Positions 26,571 through 36,944 of a stretch of 64,000 bases of DNA are shown here, in pieces; position 1 is the stretch's first letter, and the number at the start of each line of letters is the position of its first letter. This DNA comes from Oscillospiraceae bacterium (GTDB taxonomy: Bacteria; Bacillota; Clostridia; Oscillospirales; Oscillospiraceae): the NCBI GenBank assembly GCA_017435525.1, contig JAFSEW010000055.1, positions 6,722-70,721 on the forward strand. The letters are read 5' to 3'. The translations under genes were made by a program, and so were the position numbers. A model generated the notes under the pieces. It was given only the letters and a program-made list of their open reading frames with translations. It did no database searches and was not told the DNA's origin.

Positions 26571-28271
26571 CTAACGGTAGAATGCGTTGCCGCCGATGAA
26601 TTCCCGCACCAGACTGGTGGGAGGAATCTCGTCGTCCACATCCGCCTCATGGACAAAGTTGAGGATCTTCACCATGGAGCGCACTTCTTCGTAGTATTCG
26701 TCCTCCGGCTCCACGGCGGTGAGCAGGGGGAAGATATGCTTTTTCAGCACCGCCAGTTCATAGAGGGTGGCACTGTTGAAAATCACATCGGCATTTTCCT
26801 GGAAGGGGAATATCCACCGGGCCTCGCCCCTTCTTACGCTGTCCCACATGGAGAGGGTGCGCTGCACGGAAGAATTCCGTGTCTCGTAATCTCTTACCGT
26901 GCGCCGCAGCAGCCGCAGATAGCTGCTGGGAATCCGGTTGTGGTCATCCAGATTCAGGGCAAGCAAGGGGCTTACATAGAGCCTAAATACCAGGTTTTTG
27001 TCCAGTCCCTCCGGCAGCAGCACCGGGTTCAGACCATGCAGCCCTTCCACGATGATTACGGAGTTTTCCTGCAATTGCAGCTTGTGTCCCCGCCATTCCC
27101 GCTGGCCGGTTTTGAAATTGAAGCTGGGCAGCTCCACTTCCTGCCCTGCCAGCAGCCTGCCCAGATGATGGCCGAAGAGGGCGGTGTCGATGGTGTTGAT
27201 GTGTTCCAGATCGATCTTGCCGTCAGGCCCCGGGGCGATCTGATCCCGGTTCAGGTAGTAGTCGTCCAGACTCATGAGAATGGGCTTGCGGCCGTGGACC
27301 CGCAGCTGGGTGGCAAGGCGGTTGGCGGAGGTGGTCTTGCCGGAAGAGCTGGGGCCTGCCAGCATTACGGCTTTGGCACCCCGGCTGCACACCATATCCG
27401 CCACCTGGGAATAGCGCTTTTCGTGCAGCGCCTCATTGACCCGTATCAGTTCCCGGATCTTGCCGGAATCCACCAATTCGTTCAGATCTGCCACAGTCTC
27501 GCATTCCATCAGTTCTCCCCATTCCTTGCCTTCGGTGTATACCTCGAAGAAATTGGGGCTGGGGGTGTAGGCTGCCACCCGGTCGGGCTGCAGATCATCC
27601 GGGAAAATGAAGAAGAACCCCTCTTCCGCTTCCAGGATGTCCCACACCTTCAGATACCCGGTGGAGGGCATCATCTCGCCGTAGAAGTAGTCGGCATAGT
27701 CGCCGTATTCGTAGATATCCAGCCAGGGCGCCGTCCGGTAGCGCAGCAGCCGGGCCTTATCGTCCTGACCCTGGCGGGTGTAGTAGGCAATGGCTTCCGC
27801 GGTGGTAATTCTGCGGCGGATCAGGGGGATATCCTGCCCGACTATGGCAGCCACCCGGTCTTTCAGCACTGCGGCGTTGAAATTTCCGGCACCGGTGACC
27901 TTGATGTAAAGGCCGGAGCCCACGGTGCAGTTCATCTTGGCTTCCGCCTCCGGCCAAAGCTGCCGGATGGCCAGAAACAGCACAAACTGCACGGTGCGCC
28001 GATAGGCATCTTTGCCCGGGGCGTCCTGATAGCGCAGCAGATGTACCTGACCGCCGGAGGCGGCCATGGCCTTGCGGATGGATTCCCGCTCCGGCTGCAC
28101 ATCCTTTTGCCGCAGGGGGATATAGTTCAGGGTAAACACTTCACCGGCGATCTTCGCCGCCAGAGGCTCCGTGGAAAGCGTTCCCGTGGAAAGCCCCAGC
28201 TGCCGCACCATGTCCAGAAGCGATTGCCCCGGAGCAGCGGTAATGCTGCGGCCGTCAATATTCAGATTCAT
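26571..28271 (-). CDS. Nucleoside (uridine) kinase with ThrRS-like N-terminal region
   Basis: AGPSSSGKTT, SLDDYY, EGLHGLN, RLLRR; GAAAGGAG RBS before ATG 28271. Confidence 0.88.
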   Translation of the reverse strand: MNLNIDGRSITAAPGQSLLDMVRQLGLSTGTLSTEPLAAKIAGEVFTLNYIPLRQKDVQPERESIRKAMAASGGQVHLLRYQDAPGKDAYRRTVQFVLFLAIRQLWPEAEAKMNCTVGSGLYIKVTGAGNFNAAVLKDRVAAIVGQDIPLIRRRITTAEAIAYYTRQGQDDKARLLRYRTAPWLDIYEYGDYADYFYGEMMPSTGYLKVWDILEAEEGFFFIFPDDLQPDRVAAYTPSPNFFEVYTEGKEWGELMECETVADLNELVDSGKIRELIRVNEALHEKRYSQVADMVCSRGAKAVMLAGPSSSGKTTSANRLATQLRVHGRKPILMSLDDYYLNRDQIAPGPDGKIDLEHINTIDTALFGHHLGRLLAGQEVELPSFNFKTGQREWRGHKLQLQENSVIIVEGLHGLNPVLLPEGLDKNLVFRLYVSPLLALNLDDHNRIPSSYLRLLRRTVRDYETRNSSVQRTLSMWDSVRRGEARWIFPFQENADVIFNSATLYELAVLKKHIFPLLTAVEPEDEYYEEVRSMVKILNFVHEADVDDEIPPTSLVREFIGGNAFYR

Positions 28272-28304
28272 AAGGTGGTCTCCTTTCATTCAAATAAGGC
28301 ATTC

Positions 28305-28390
28305 AGTAGGGGAGGGTGGTGCTGCGCGCAGCGAATCAAAATCAAAATGATTGCCGGTGGCAATCATACCATAATGCATTGACCCTCCCG
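28305..28390. repeat. Family B REP interrupted by 61-bp nested element
   Basis: GTAGGGGAGGGT-[61 bp]-TTGACCCTCCCG. Confidence 0.8.
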
Positions 28391-28396
28391 AATCCT

Positions 28397-28894
28397 TTAT
28401 ACATGTCTGTCCAGCCGCCCGGATTCCTCCAGCTCCCTGCGGAAGGCCTCCGGGTTTTTCAGATCATAGTTTTGATGATATTCTTCTGCGGTGTAAAAAT
28501 TCCGGAAGGGTTCTATAGCAATGAAAACCTGCTTGCCGCTCTCCGCTTCCAAAGCCCGGATGGCTGCTTCTGTGGCCATCTTCTGGGCTTCGTCCAGATA
28601 ATACACCGCCAGGGTATAGGAATGCCCCCGGTCAATAAACTGACCCCCGGCGTCAAAGGGGTCAACGCCCCCCAGAAAAATTTCCAGCAATGTTTCAAAG
28701 GAAACCTGCTCCGGGTCATAGGTGATTAGGATGGTTTCCCGGTGAGAGGTCAGCTGCCCCTTCACCGCCTCATAGGTGGGATTTTCCTCCAAGCCGCCGC
28801 TGTAGCCGCTGATAACATTCTCTACGCCCTTCCACTGGCGGAAGGTAGGGGTGATGCACCAGAAGCAGCCCCCCGCAAAATACGCGTTTGCCAT
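28397..28894 (-). CDS. msrA: Peptide methionine sulfoxide reductase A
   Basis: FAGGCFWC, NPTYE, GQFIDRG, AEEYHQNY. Confidence 0.95.
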   Translation of the reverse strand: MANAYFAGGCFWCITPTFRQWKGVENVISGYSGGLEENPTYEAVKGQLTSHRETILITYDPEQVSFETLLEIFLGGVDPFDAGGQFIDRGHSYTLAVYYLDEAQKMATEAAIRALEAESGKQVFIAIEPFRNFYTAEEYHQNYDLKNPEAFRRELEESGRLDRHV

Positions 28895-28958
28895 ACCAAC
28901 ACTCCTTTTTCCTTTACTCTAGCACAACCGGAAGAAAAACACAACTATTCTCTGCACC

Positions 28959-28994
28959 GGTCATTGCGAGGCGCACAGCGCCGTGGCAATCCGT
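28959..28994. repeat. Single divergent family A-related repeat
   Basis: GTCATTGCGAGGCGCACAGCGCCGTGGCAATCC. Confidence 0.5.
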
Positions 28995-29065
28995 AATCCC
29001 TCTTGCGCGTACCCGTTTCTCCATGCTATAATTCCCTCATAAGACAAATTTCGGGAGGTTTCGCT

Positions 29066-30454
29066 ATGAAGCTGGGCTATGTCACAAGCAAAAAAGAGCG
29101 CATTGCCTATTGCCTGTTCTTCCTGGGCCAGAATATCCTCTGGGGCTACGCAGGCTATGTGGAAACATTTCTTACGGATATTGGCATCACCGCAGCGGCA
29201 GCTGCGGCTATTCTGCTGGCCCCCAAGCTGTGGGACGCGGTGAATGATGTGCTGTTCGGCTACCTGGTGGATCGGCATGTGTTCAAAAACGGTCAGAAGT
29301 TCATCCCCTGGGTGCGCATCGGCACCAGTGCCATCGGCATTACCACGGTGGCCATGTTCGCTATCCCGGCGTCCATGAACCAGGCGTTGAAGATCATCTG
29401 GTTCCTGGTGGCCTATATCCTCTTTGATATGAGCTATACCATCCTGGATACCCCGGCCTTCGCCGTCACCACGGTGATGACCCCGGATGTTTCCGAGCGC
29501 ACGGATATCATCGCCGGTGGTAAGCTCTGGGCCATGGTGGGCGGCGTCATTGCCACGGTACTGGTGCCTGTGGTGCGGCCCATGCTGGGCTGGTTCGGTG
29601 CCTGCGTGGTGTTTGTGGCGGTGTCTGTGGCGCTGATGATCCCCATGCTGTATCGGGTCAAGGAGCGCCCTGCGCCCCAGGCATCCGCTGCTCAGAACCC
29701 GAAGCTGCGGGATATGCTCCGGTATCTGCGCCGCAACCGCTATCTGCTGGTGGCGCTGGCAGCGCTGGTGCTGCTGGGGGTATCCAGCGTGGAGCAGAAA
29801 ATGGCCATCTACATGGGCCGTATCTGCCTGGGTCAGGAGAATATGGCCACCCTGGTCTCCGGCGCAGCGGCAGTGGCGGTGATTATCGTCTGCGCGGTGG
29901 TGCCTTCCCTGGCACGGAAGTGGGATAAATTCTATGTGCTCTGCGGCGGCCTTGTGTTTGCCATCGTGATGGATGTGGCGGCCTGGTTCCTGGGCTATGA
30001 TAATCTGGCGGTGGCCATCGTCATGGTGATGCTCAAATGCACCGGCCTTGGCTTCTGGCAGGTAATTATCTACATGCTTATCGCCGATACCGTGGAGTAC
30101 GGCACCTATAAATCCGGTGCCCGTGCCGCAGGCATTACCTTCAGCCTTCAGTGCTTCGCCGCCAAGCTGAAGAACGGCCTCATCGGTTCCGTGGTGCTGC
30201 TGAGCCTTGCGAAGGTAGGCTTCCAGGAAGGCGAAGGCGCGGTGCAGCCGGCAAGGGTTGCCGATGGGGTGTGGGGCCTGTTCTGCCTGCTGCCTGCGGT
30301 GGGCTTTGCCCTGGCGCTGGTGATCCTGCTGGCGTTCTATAAGCTCAGAAGCCGCGATGTGCAGACCATGTCCCGCTACAATAACGGTCAGATCTCCCAG
30401 GCGGAAGCGGAAGCCCTGCTGCAGGAGAAATACGGAAAAGCGGGAGAACCCTGA
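29066..30454 (+). CDS. MFS transporter, glycoside-pentoside-hexuronide family
   Basis: KLWDAVND, G(Q)KFIPW, IADTVEYG; about 12 TM segments. Confidence 0.88.
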   Translation: MKLGYVTSKKERIAYCLFFLGQNILWGYAGYVETFLTDIGITAAAAAAILLAPKLWDAVNDVLFGYLVDRHVFKNGQKFIPWVRIGTSAIGITTVAMFAIPASMNQALKIIWFLVAYILFDMSYTILDTPAFAVTTVMTPDVSERTDIIAGGKLWAMVGGVIATVLVPVVRPMLGWFGACVVFVAVSVALMIPMLYRVKERPAPQASAAQNPKLRDMLRYLRRNRYLLVALAALVLLGVSSVEQKMAIYMGRICLGQENMATLVSGAAAVAVIIVCAVVPSLARKWDKFYVLCGGLVFAIVMDVAAWFLGYDNLAVAIVMVMLKCTGLGFWQVIIYMLIADTVEYGTYKSGARAAGITFSLQCFAAKLKNGLIGSVVLLSLAKVGFQEGEGAVQPARVADGVWGLFCLLPAVGFALALVILLAFYKLRSRDVQTMSRYNNGQISQAEAEALLQEKYGKAGEP

Positions 30455-31755
30455 TGGAAATCAAAACCTATTCCTATCCCGATGGCCAGATCCAGCGGGT
30501 GCAGATCGCAAGACTGGATAGCTGGGGGCAGCTGGAATTTCTGCGCCCCACCCCCACACCCCAGGCGCTTGAGAAATTCGCGGATATTTACCGGCGTTAT
30601 CTGGTGCCGGCATGCCCCTGGCTCTTTGGCAATATGGTGCTGTTCCGGCTGCCGGAGGATGTGCAGATCCCCCTGGGAAATTTTGCAGACCGGGAAATCG
30701 CCGCCGCAGCCCTGCTGCGAAAGGGCGTCACCATGTGGGGGAAAACCCCGGTCTTTCATTCTGCCGCCGCCAGGGGGCTGTGGCAGACCCTGGAAAGCAG
30801 AGACTGTATCCGCATCGTCCGGGGCAGGCTGCCGGTTACGCAGATCATCCCCGTGGGCAATCTCTGCGGCTACCTGACGGAGGAAGAAGACGCGGCGCTA
30901 AAGGTCAATGCTTCCTTCTTTATCATGGATAAATTCGACTGCGCCACGGTGTTCGACAAAATCGGCACCCCTCTGGGGCTGCTGGTGAAAGACGGCGTGG
31001 TGGAAAATCCGCCGCTGTTTGGCCGGGAAGCGTTGCTGGTGAGAAAAGACGGCACCGTCAGCATCCAGCCCGTAGCGGTGAAAGAACTGGAAATCCGGGG
31101 AAAGTGCTATCGTATCGGTGAAAATGCCAGGCTTTACTCCCGCCCGGAACGAAGCCATACGCCCCCTTCCAGGGGCAAAAAGCTGGTGATTATCGGCACA
31201 AAAGTGGTGGCGGTGACCCAGGCGCTGAGGGTTGCCATTCCCGCCTCCGGCTTTGTGCTGCAGGCGGATTGCCCGGCAAACCCCGGTGATCCCGTGATCT
31301 ATCCGGGCTTTGAAGACATTGCCTTCGGTATCCAGGTGGGCAACAGCATCCTGCGAAAGGGCGAAAAAACCGGGAAATTCCTCTCCCGGTTCTATAATAT
31401 CTATCATCTGCAGCCGGTGCCCTTCCCACCCAGCCTGTATCCCATGGACTTTCACAAGTCCCGGGCGGCCCGGATCGCCCTGGGCGCAGACGCAGCGGGT
31501 AAACCGGTAATCCTCTGGGCAGAGGGTGCCGCAAAAATCGGCCACATTCCCGGCGAAGACAGCCGGGGTGCTACCCTTTGGGATTTGGCTCAGTTCTGCG
31601 CCGATGCGGGAATGGTGGATGCCGTGAATCTGGATGGCGGCGGCTCTGCCCAGATGCTGCTTCACGGCAAGCGCAGCTTGCAGCTGTCCGACCGGGAGGA
31701 AACCACCGGCGCCGAAGTGGAGCGCCCTGTTCCCCTGGCATTGACAGTCAAATAA
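30454..31755 (+). CDS. Phosphodiester glycosidase (NAGPA) family protein
   Basis: NASFF, AARIALG, AVNLDGGGSAQ, ERPVP; TGATG coupling to the MFS gene. Confidence 0.8.
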   Translation: MEIKTYSYPDGQIQRVQIARLDSWGQLEFLRPTPTPQALEKFADIYRRYLVPACPWLFGNMVLFRLPEDVQIPLGNFADREIAAAALLRKGVTMWGKTPVFHSAAARGLWQTLESRDCIRIVRGRLPVTQIIPVGNLCGYLTEEEDAALKVNASFFIMDKFDCATVFDKIGTPLGLLVKDGVVENPPLFGREALLVRKDGTVSIQPVAVKELEIRGKCYRIGENARLYSRPERSHTPPSRGKKLVIIGTKVVAVTQALRVAIPASGFVLQADCPANPGDPVIYPGFEDIAFGIQVGNSILRKGEKTGKFLSRFYNIYHLQPVPFPPSLYPMDFHKSRAARIALGADAAGKPVILWAEGAAKIGHIPGEDSRGATLWDLAQFCADAGMVDAVNLDGGGSAQMLLHGKRSLQLSDREETTGAEVERPVPLALTVK

Positions 31756-31795
31756 AAAAGCGTGCTGCCTGGAAAGCAGCACGCCTTTTGTTTTG
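31753..31795. terminator. Bidirectional terminator
   Basis: AAAAAAGCGTGCTGC...GCAGCACGCCTTTT. Confidence 0.75.
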
Positions 31796-31804
31796 CTGTA
31801 GGAC

Positions 31805-32299
31805 TTACTTCTTATGATACCGCAATGCGCAGATGGGGTCGCCCTTGGCGATGCACTGGGGCAGATCCAGCACCGCGCCGTAGCACTCGCCGATGCCGTG
31901 ATCGCCGCACATGGCGATGTCGCAAAGCTCTGCGATCTCAGCATCGGTGCAGCCGGCGTTCTGCCATGCCTTCACCAGGGGACAGTAGTGGAAATCCAGG
32001 GAGAGCTTGTCATCTGTGCTCTCCACCACATCCATCTCAAACACCAGCTGGGCAGCCTTGGTAAAGAGGGTCTTTTTCAGGCCCTTCAGGCTGTCGGTCT
32101 TGCCTTTTTTCACCAGGTCGCTGCCCTGGGAAAGGCCGCAGCGGCGCACGGCGGCGCTGCCGAAATCCTTGGGGTCAAGGCCGCGCTTTTTGGCCTCATC
32201 GCACAGCAGATACAGCCAGAAAGCCCGATGCTCCAGCAGCCCGCGGATGGCCTGCAAAAGGCCGTTTTTGTACTTGGGCTCGTTCTTTACGATGCTCAT
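31805..32299 (-). CDS. L-2-amino-thiazoline-4-carboxylate hydrolase-like protein
   Basis: FHYCPLVKAW, LCDIAMCGD, IAKGDPIC Cys pattern. Confidence 0.75.
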   Translation of the reverse strand: MSIVKNEPKYKNGLLQAIRGLLEHRAFWLYLLCDEAKKRGLDPKDFGSAAVRRCGLSQGSDLVKKGKTDSLKGLKKTLFTKAAQLVFEMDVVESTDDKLSLDFHYCPLVKAWQNAGCTDAEIAELCDIAMCGDHGIGECYGAVLDLPQCIAKGDPICALRYHKK

Positions 32300-32317
32300 G
32301 GCGTTTCCTCCCGAAAT

Positions 32318-33103
32318 TTACAGATCGATCCACTGGCCGTGCTCCGGGGCGATAAATACGCCGTCGGGCACTCTGTCCAGGAATTCTTTCCGGAAGGTTT
32401 CCACGATGGCGGGGTCATCCACAGCCCGGAAATCATGGTGATGGGGGATCAGCACCTTGCAGCCGATGGCAGCGGCGAATTCCGCTTTCTGGGCGATGGC
32501 TTCGGGCTTGGTGGAACGCTGAATAATGGCGATATCCGGCTTCAGGGCCTTGCAGATATTCACCTGCTCAATGGTGGGATCGTTACCCCAGAGCAGAACC
32601 TTGGTGCCGTTGGGCAGGGTAAAGAGGAAGTTCCGGTACTCGAAGCTGCCTACCGGCTGCAGCGCGGCCATGCCGGGGTCAGCCTGGCACAGAGGATTCT
32701 GATCCAGGCGGGCGCACAGATCATTGAAGCCGCTGCCCAGATTGGTGTGGCGGCCGTAGAGGGCGCGGATCTTCACATCGCCAAAATCCAGCTCATTATC
32801 CGGGTACATGGGATACACCACCGTGGGGCTGCAATTAAGCCACTGGGCCATGGGCATGGCAGTCTGGTCGCCGCACAGCAAAATGGGGTGGAACTTGTCC
32901 ATGAGCCGGGGAATGTCAGTAATATGATCCCAGTGGGCATGGCCCAGGCAGATGATGTCGCAGTTTTCCACATTCTCCCAGGTCACATCGGTGCCGACAC
33001 ACTCGGTGATATAGGGATCGCTTACCACCGTGGTGTTGCCGAAGCGCATTTCAAAGCTGGTAACCGCCAGCCATTTCAGGGAAACGCCGTATTTCTTTTC
33101 CAT
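32318..33103 (-). CDS. Metallo-beta-lactamase fold hydrolase
   Basis: DPY, GHAHWDH, IPHHHD; AGGAGG RBS. Confidence 0.88.
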   Translation of the reverse strand: MEKKYGVSLKWLAVTSFEMRFGNTTVVSDPYITECVGTDVTWENVENCDIICLGHAHWDHITDIPRLMDKFHPILLCGDQTAMPMAQWLNCSPTVVYPMYPDNELDFGDVKIRALYGRHTNLGSGFNDLCARLDQNPLCQADPGMAALQPVGSFEYRNFLFTLPNGTKVLLWGNDPTIEQVNICKALKPDIAIIQRSTKPEAIAQKAEFAAAIGCKVLIPHHHDFRAVDDPAIVETFRKEFLDRVPDGVFIAPEHGQWIDL

Positions 33104-33116
33104 AAAAAATCCTCCT

Positions 33117-33893
33117 TTAAGCAATGCCAAAAAGTTCCAGAATGATCTTCACAGCCAGCAGACCCAGCACCAGAAAGATCACAGGTTTTACGATTTTCGC
33201 GCCGTTCTTGATGGTGACGCCCGCTCCCAGATAGTGACCGGCAATGGAGAATACCGCCGCGATCAGGCCCACGGGAATCAGCACGGTACCGGCGGCCAGG
33301 GCCGTGGCCAAAGCGCCAATGTTGGAAGAGAAGTTGACGATCTTCACATTGCCCGAAGCACTGCGCAGATCCAGCTTCGCCAGATTGCAGAAGATCAGCA
33401 GCAGAAATGTGCCGGTGCCGGGGCCGTAGAAGCCGTCATAAAGGCCAATCACCAGAGAAGCCGACCACACAATGGCGGCTCTGGGGGCAAAGGCCATCTC
33501 ACCCCGGCTTTCCGGGAAGCTTTTCTGCTTCAGCAGAATGAAGGCAACCACCGGCAGCACCAGAAGCAGCATGTATTTTAAGTAGGCTTCATCCACCATC
33601 AGCTGCAGCCGGGTGCCAAAGTGGGCGCCCACCAGGGCGAACACCACCGAAGGAACAGCCAGAGGCCAGTCCACAAAGCCGTTTTTGATATAGCGCAGGG
33701 TGGATGCCGCAGTGCCCAGGCAGGAGGAGAGCTTGTTGGTGCCCAGGGCGTTGTGGGTGGGAAGCCCCGCCAGCAGATACACCGGCACGGAAATAATACC
33801 GCCGCCACCGCCGATGGCATCCATAAAGGCCGCGCAGAACACGCCTACGCCGATCAGCAGCACCACCCAAATGGGATATCCGGAAATCATCAT
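33117..33893 (-). CDS. TSUP/TauE family membrane transporter
   Basis: DAIGGGGGII, GTNK, YDGFYGPGTG. Confidence 0.9.
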   Translation of the reverse strand: MMISGYPIWVVLLIGVGVFCAAFMDAIGGGGGIISVPVYLLAGLPTHNALGTNKLSSCLGTAASTLRYIKNGFVDWPLAVPSVVFALVGAHFGTRLQLMVDEAYLKYMLLLVLPVVAFILLKQKSFPESRGEMAFAPRAAIVWSASLVIGLYDGFYGPGTGTFLLLIFCNLAKLDLRSASGNVKIVNFSSNIGALATALAAGTVLIPVGLIAAVFSIAGHYLGAGVTIKNGAKIVKPVIFLVLGLLAVKIILELFGIA

Positions 33894-33897
33894 GGTT

Positions 33898-35277
33898 TCA
33901 CCTTCTTACTTTTTTCTTGGCGTATTTGCCGCCCCGCCGCTTTTTGGGGCGCAGCAGCGCAATGCAAACCCCAATGGCGCCCAGAATGCAGATGGCCAGC
34001 AGGCAAAGCAGCGCGTAGGGGGGATTCTCAGCGGGGGTAACTACCGTTGCAGGCACCGTGGGGGCTTCCGTAGGCGCTTCGGTGGGAGGCTCGGTGGGTG
34101 CTTCTGTGGGAAGTTCTTCCAGCACAGGCTCGATCCTTGTAAATTCCAGGCCGCACAGGTCACAGCTGCCTGTGCTCAGGCCCTCTTTTTCCAAGGTTGG
34201 TGCTTCCGTCACTGTCCAGACGGTTACGGTGTGGGCGAAGAGGGTGTAGTCATCTTTGTAGCTGTAGCCGCAGCCGGTGCAGGTGTAGAGGGTGTAGCCG
34301 TAGGTATCGCAGCCGGGGGCCACAACGGTTTTTTCATAGCCCGGCACCAGACACATATCCGGCCGCAGTTCTACGCTGTAGTCCTTCCGCTCGTCCCGGG
34401 TAAAATCGCAGGTGTTGGAGATTCGGTTGTAGCTACCCAGGATCTCACCGGCTTCCGCGGCACAGTAAGCCCGGCGGTCAGGGTTGCATTCAAAGAAGGT
34501 GATCTTGCCGGTAACGGTGTTGTTTACCAGATTGCCCTTGTAATCGTAACCGATGGGGCGGCGCATATACATGCCGGTAATGCCGCCGTTATGCACATAG
34601 CCGAATTCGGAGCAGTAGCCGTCGATGGTGATGTGGCAGCCGGATACATCCATAAAGCCTGTGGCGAAGATGCCGCCCATGAACTGCTCGTCTTTCGTAT
34701 TAGGGTCGGTGTCGGTGCAGATGAGGGTCACATCCACATTGCAGTTTTCTACCGTGCCGTTGCCGTAGCCGACGAGACCTGCCACGCCGAACATCCGGTC
34801 AAAAGCCCGCAGCTCCAGGGTGCCGGTGACGGTGCAGCCCGTGATTTTGCTGTCCATGCTGTGGGCAGCCAGACCGCCCAGGAAGCAGGGGGTATCGATA
34901 TCAATCAGCGCTCTGACATTCAGCAGCTGCAGATTTTTTACTTCCGCTCCCTGCAGGCTGCCAAAGAAGCCCACAAGGTAGGTGTCATACTTTTTCTGGT
35001 TGCCGTCGATGGTGATGGCGGTGGTAGCGCCGGGTTTGGTCAGTTCCAGATTCAGCAGGGCGTGACCGTTGCCGTCGAAGGTGCCGGAAAAATCCGGACA
35101 GGGCCATTCCACCCCGGTCAGGTCCAGATCGTTCATGAGAATGTAGCTGCCTGCAGGATCTTCTCCAATGGCCAGAAGCTCCTCCACGGTGTAAATTTCC
35201 GTGGGGGTTTCCGCGGCAAAAGCCACAGGGAAAGTCAACAGCCACAGCAGCGCCAGCATTGCTGCCATTGGTTTCAT
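33898..35277 (-). CDS. Secreted membrane-anchored beta-solenoid (GLUG-like) protein
   Basis: Signal peptide, YILMNDLDL, FSGTFDGNGH, GGL/GGI repeats, CxxC repeats, PTEA linker, C-terminal TM and basic tail. Confidence 0.7.
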   Translation of the reverse strand: MKPMAAMLALLWLLTFPVAFAAETPTEIYTVEELLAIGEDPAGSYILMNDLDLTGVEWPCPDFSGTFDGNGHALLNLELTKPGATTAITIDGNQKKYDTYLVGFFGSLQGAEVKNLQLLNVRALIDIDTPCFLGGLAAHSMDSKITGCTVTGTLELRAFDRMFGVAGLVGYGNGTVENCNVDVTLICTDTDPNTKDEQFMGGIFATGFMDVSGCHITIDGYCSEFGYVHNGGITGMYMRRPIGYDYKGNLVNNTVTGKITFFECNPDRRAYCAAEAGEILGSYNRISNTCDFTRDERKDYSVELRPDMCLVPGYEKTVVAPGCDTYGYTLYTCTGCGYSYKDDYTLFAHTVTVWTVTEAPTLEKEGLSTGSCDLCGLEFTRIEPVLEELPTEAPTEPPTEAPTEAPTVPATVVTPAENPPYALLCLLAICILGAIGVCIALLRPKKRRGGKYAKKKVRR

Positions 35278-35351
35278 AGGTGTCGCCTCGTTTCGTGATT
35301 TACCTTCTTTTCAGTATAGCAGAAAAAGGAAGATTTTCAATTCCTAAAAAA

Positions 35352-35382
35352 TAAAAGCGTGCCGCAAAAACGCGGCACGCCG
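35352..35382. terminator. Intrinsic terminator
   Basis: AAAAGCGTGCCGC-AAAAAC-GCGGCACGC. Confidence 0.6.
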
Positions 35383-35392
35383 GTAATACGGT

Positions 35393-36832
35393 TTACGCCT
35401 CTTCTTCCCAAACCACCACAGGGGAACCCGCGAAGCGCTTTTTAAAGATTCTTCTGCGGAACAGGAACACGGTGTAAACAATCCACAGAATCAGGAAGAT
35501 ACCGCAGGCGATCACCGCGCTGGTGAGGGACTGCACGGCAAAATTCAGCAGCAGAAGCAGCGGTGCGATCATGATCATGGCGGGGAAATTGGAAAGGATG
35601 TAAAGGCTGGAGGTGGGGGTCCGCAGGCCGGGGTCAATTTCCTTGGTGAGGATCATGCCGTTGGAGGCGGTGCCGGTGAGGGTGCCGAAACACATGAGGA
35701 AGAACTCATGCTCGAAGCCCTTGAAGCATTCCTTGGCCACCTTGCGGATATACACATAGGTAATGACTGTACCCACCAGGCTGAGGATCACGATGGGCAG
35801 AATGTAGTTCTTGATATCGTTGATCTGGATGGCGGCCACGCCTGCCACGATCATCAGGTCGAAGGAGAAGCCGGAAATACGATCCATCTGATAGTTGTTG
35901 ATGTATTCCCGGTGCATCAGGTTGTGCTTGCGCAGCTGCTTCACCACAAAACGGATCAGCATGGCGGACAGGGAGGCCCACAGGAAATTAAAGCCCCAGG
36001 CGATGCTGTTGGTAAAGTCGGAGAGGACACCCAGCAGGCACATAAAGCCAAAGGACAGGGCGTAAGCCAGGGCCACAAAGCCTGCCTGAATGGTGAATTT
36101 ATCCACCGACTCATTGTCAGGCAGTTCCATATCGGAAGCATCGGGATCTGCATGCTGCTGGGCGGTGCTGCCGCTGCGTACGCAGAGGGTGCCCCGCTTC
36201 TTATAAATGTTGATATACAGCACACCGAATACGGAAGCCACCACAAAGCCGATGGAAGCCAGGGAAAGGCCGAAGCTGCCGTTGCCTGCAAACTGGGCGG
36301 CGGGGGTGTTGGTAAAGTTGATGTCCCAGCTCAGGGCATTGCCGGGGCCCTGACCGAAGGCCAGAGGCAGGATCAGGCCGCAGATGTAGGAAACTACCTT
36401 ATCTCCATGGCGGGTCAGCAGGAACAGAATCAGGGTGATGCCCATGCCCACAAATGCCTGAAGCATATAGGTGCCGCCCTGGAGGGCACCGAATTCCACC
36501 ACCTGTGCCTTATTGGTTTTGTGGGTACTCTTTTCGGTTTTCAGGGACATGGCTGCGAAGCCGATAGCCAGACAGTGATAGGTAATGACCTGCATCAGCC
36601 GGTTATCCACCAGCGTGATGCCCACCTGCTTGGCGAAAATATCCACAATCAGCAGCAGACCGCCGCCCAGAAGGGCAGAAGGCACCAGACATTTGCGAAA
36701 CAGCGGCACAGTCCGCCGCAGAATATTGCCCAGCATCAAAAACAGCAGCAAAAGGCCGAACTGCACCAGAAATGCCCAAACTGCACCGTAGTTGGCCAGG
36801 GTAAAATCCCAGCTGGAAACATAGTCATTCAT
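35393..36832 (-). CDS. Sodium/glutamate symporter family (GltS-like)
   Basis: VPSALLGG, FGQGPGNA, FGTLTGTASNG; TTGACA-17-TATAAT promoter at 36899-36871. Confidence 0.8.
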   Translation of the reverse strand: MNDYVSSWDFTLANYGAVWAFLVQFGLLLLFLMLGNILRRTVPLFRKCLVPSALLGGGLLLIVDIFAKQVGITLVDNRLMQVITYHCLAIGFAAMSLKTEKSTHKTNKAQVVEFGALQGGTYMLQAFVGMGITLILFLLTRHGDKVVSYICGLILPLAFGQGPGNALSWDINFTNTPAAQFAGNGSFGLSLASIGFVVASVFGVLYINIYKKRGTLCVRSGSTAQQHADPDASDMELPDNESVDKFTIQAGFVALAYALSFGFMCLLGVLSDFTNSIAWGFNFLWASLSAMLIRFVVKQLRKHNLMHREYINNYQMDRISGFSFDLMIVAGVAAIQINDIKNYILPIVILSLVGTVITYVYIRKVAKECFKGFEHEFFLMCFGTLTGTASNGMILTKEIDPGLRTPTSSLYILSNFPAMIMIAPLLLLLNFAVQSLTSAVIACGIFLILWIVYTVFLFRRRIFKKRFAGSPVVVWEEEA

Positions 36833-36944
36833 CCCAAAATCAGCTCCGTCCACAAGAAAAATACACTGAAATTATACGCCCCCCGGCTTTTTTTGTCAAG
36901 GTTAGGATACGCCGCCGACTTTCCGGCGTACCTCCGAATTTCCC

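Noticed and set aside
34055-34110. 12-bp tandem repeats
   Set aside because: They encode an ordinary PTEA/PTEP linker.
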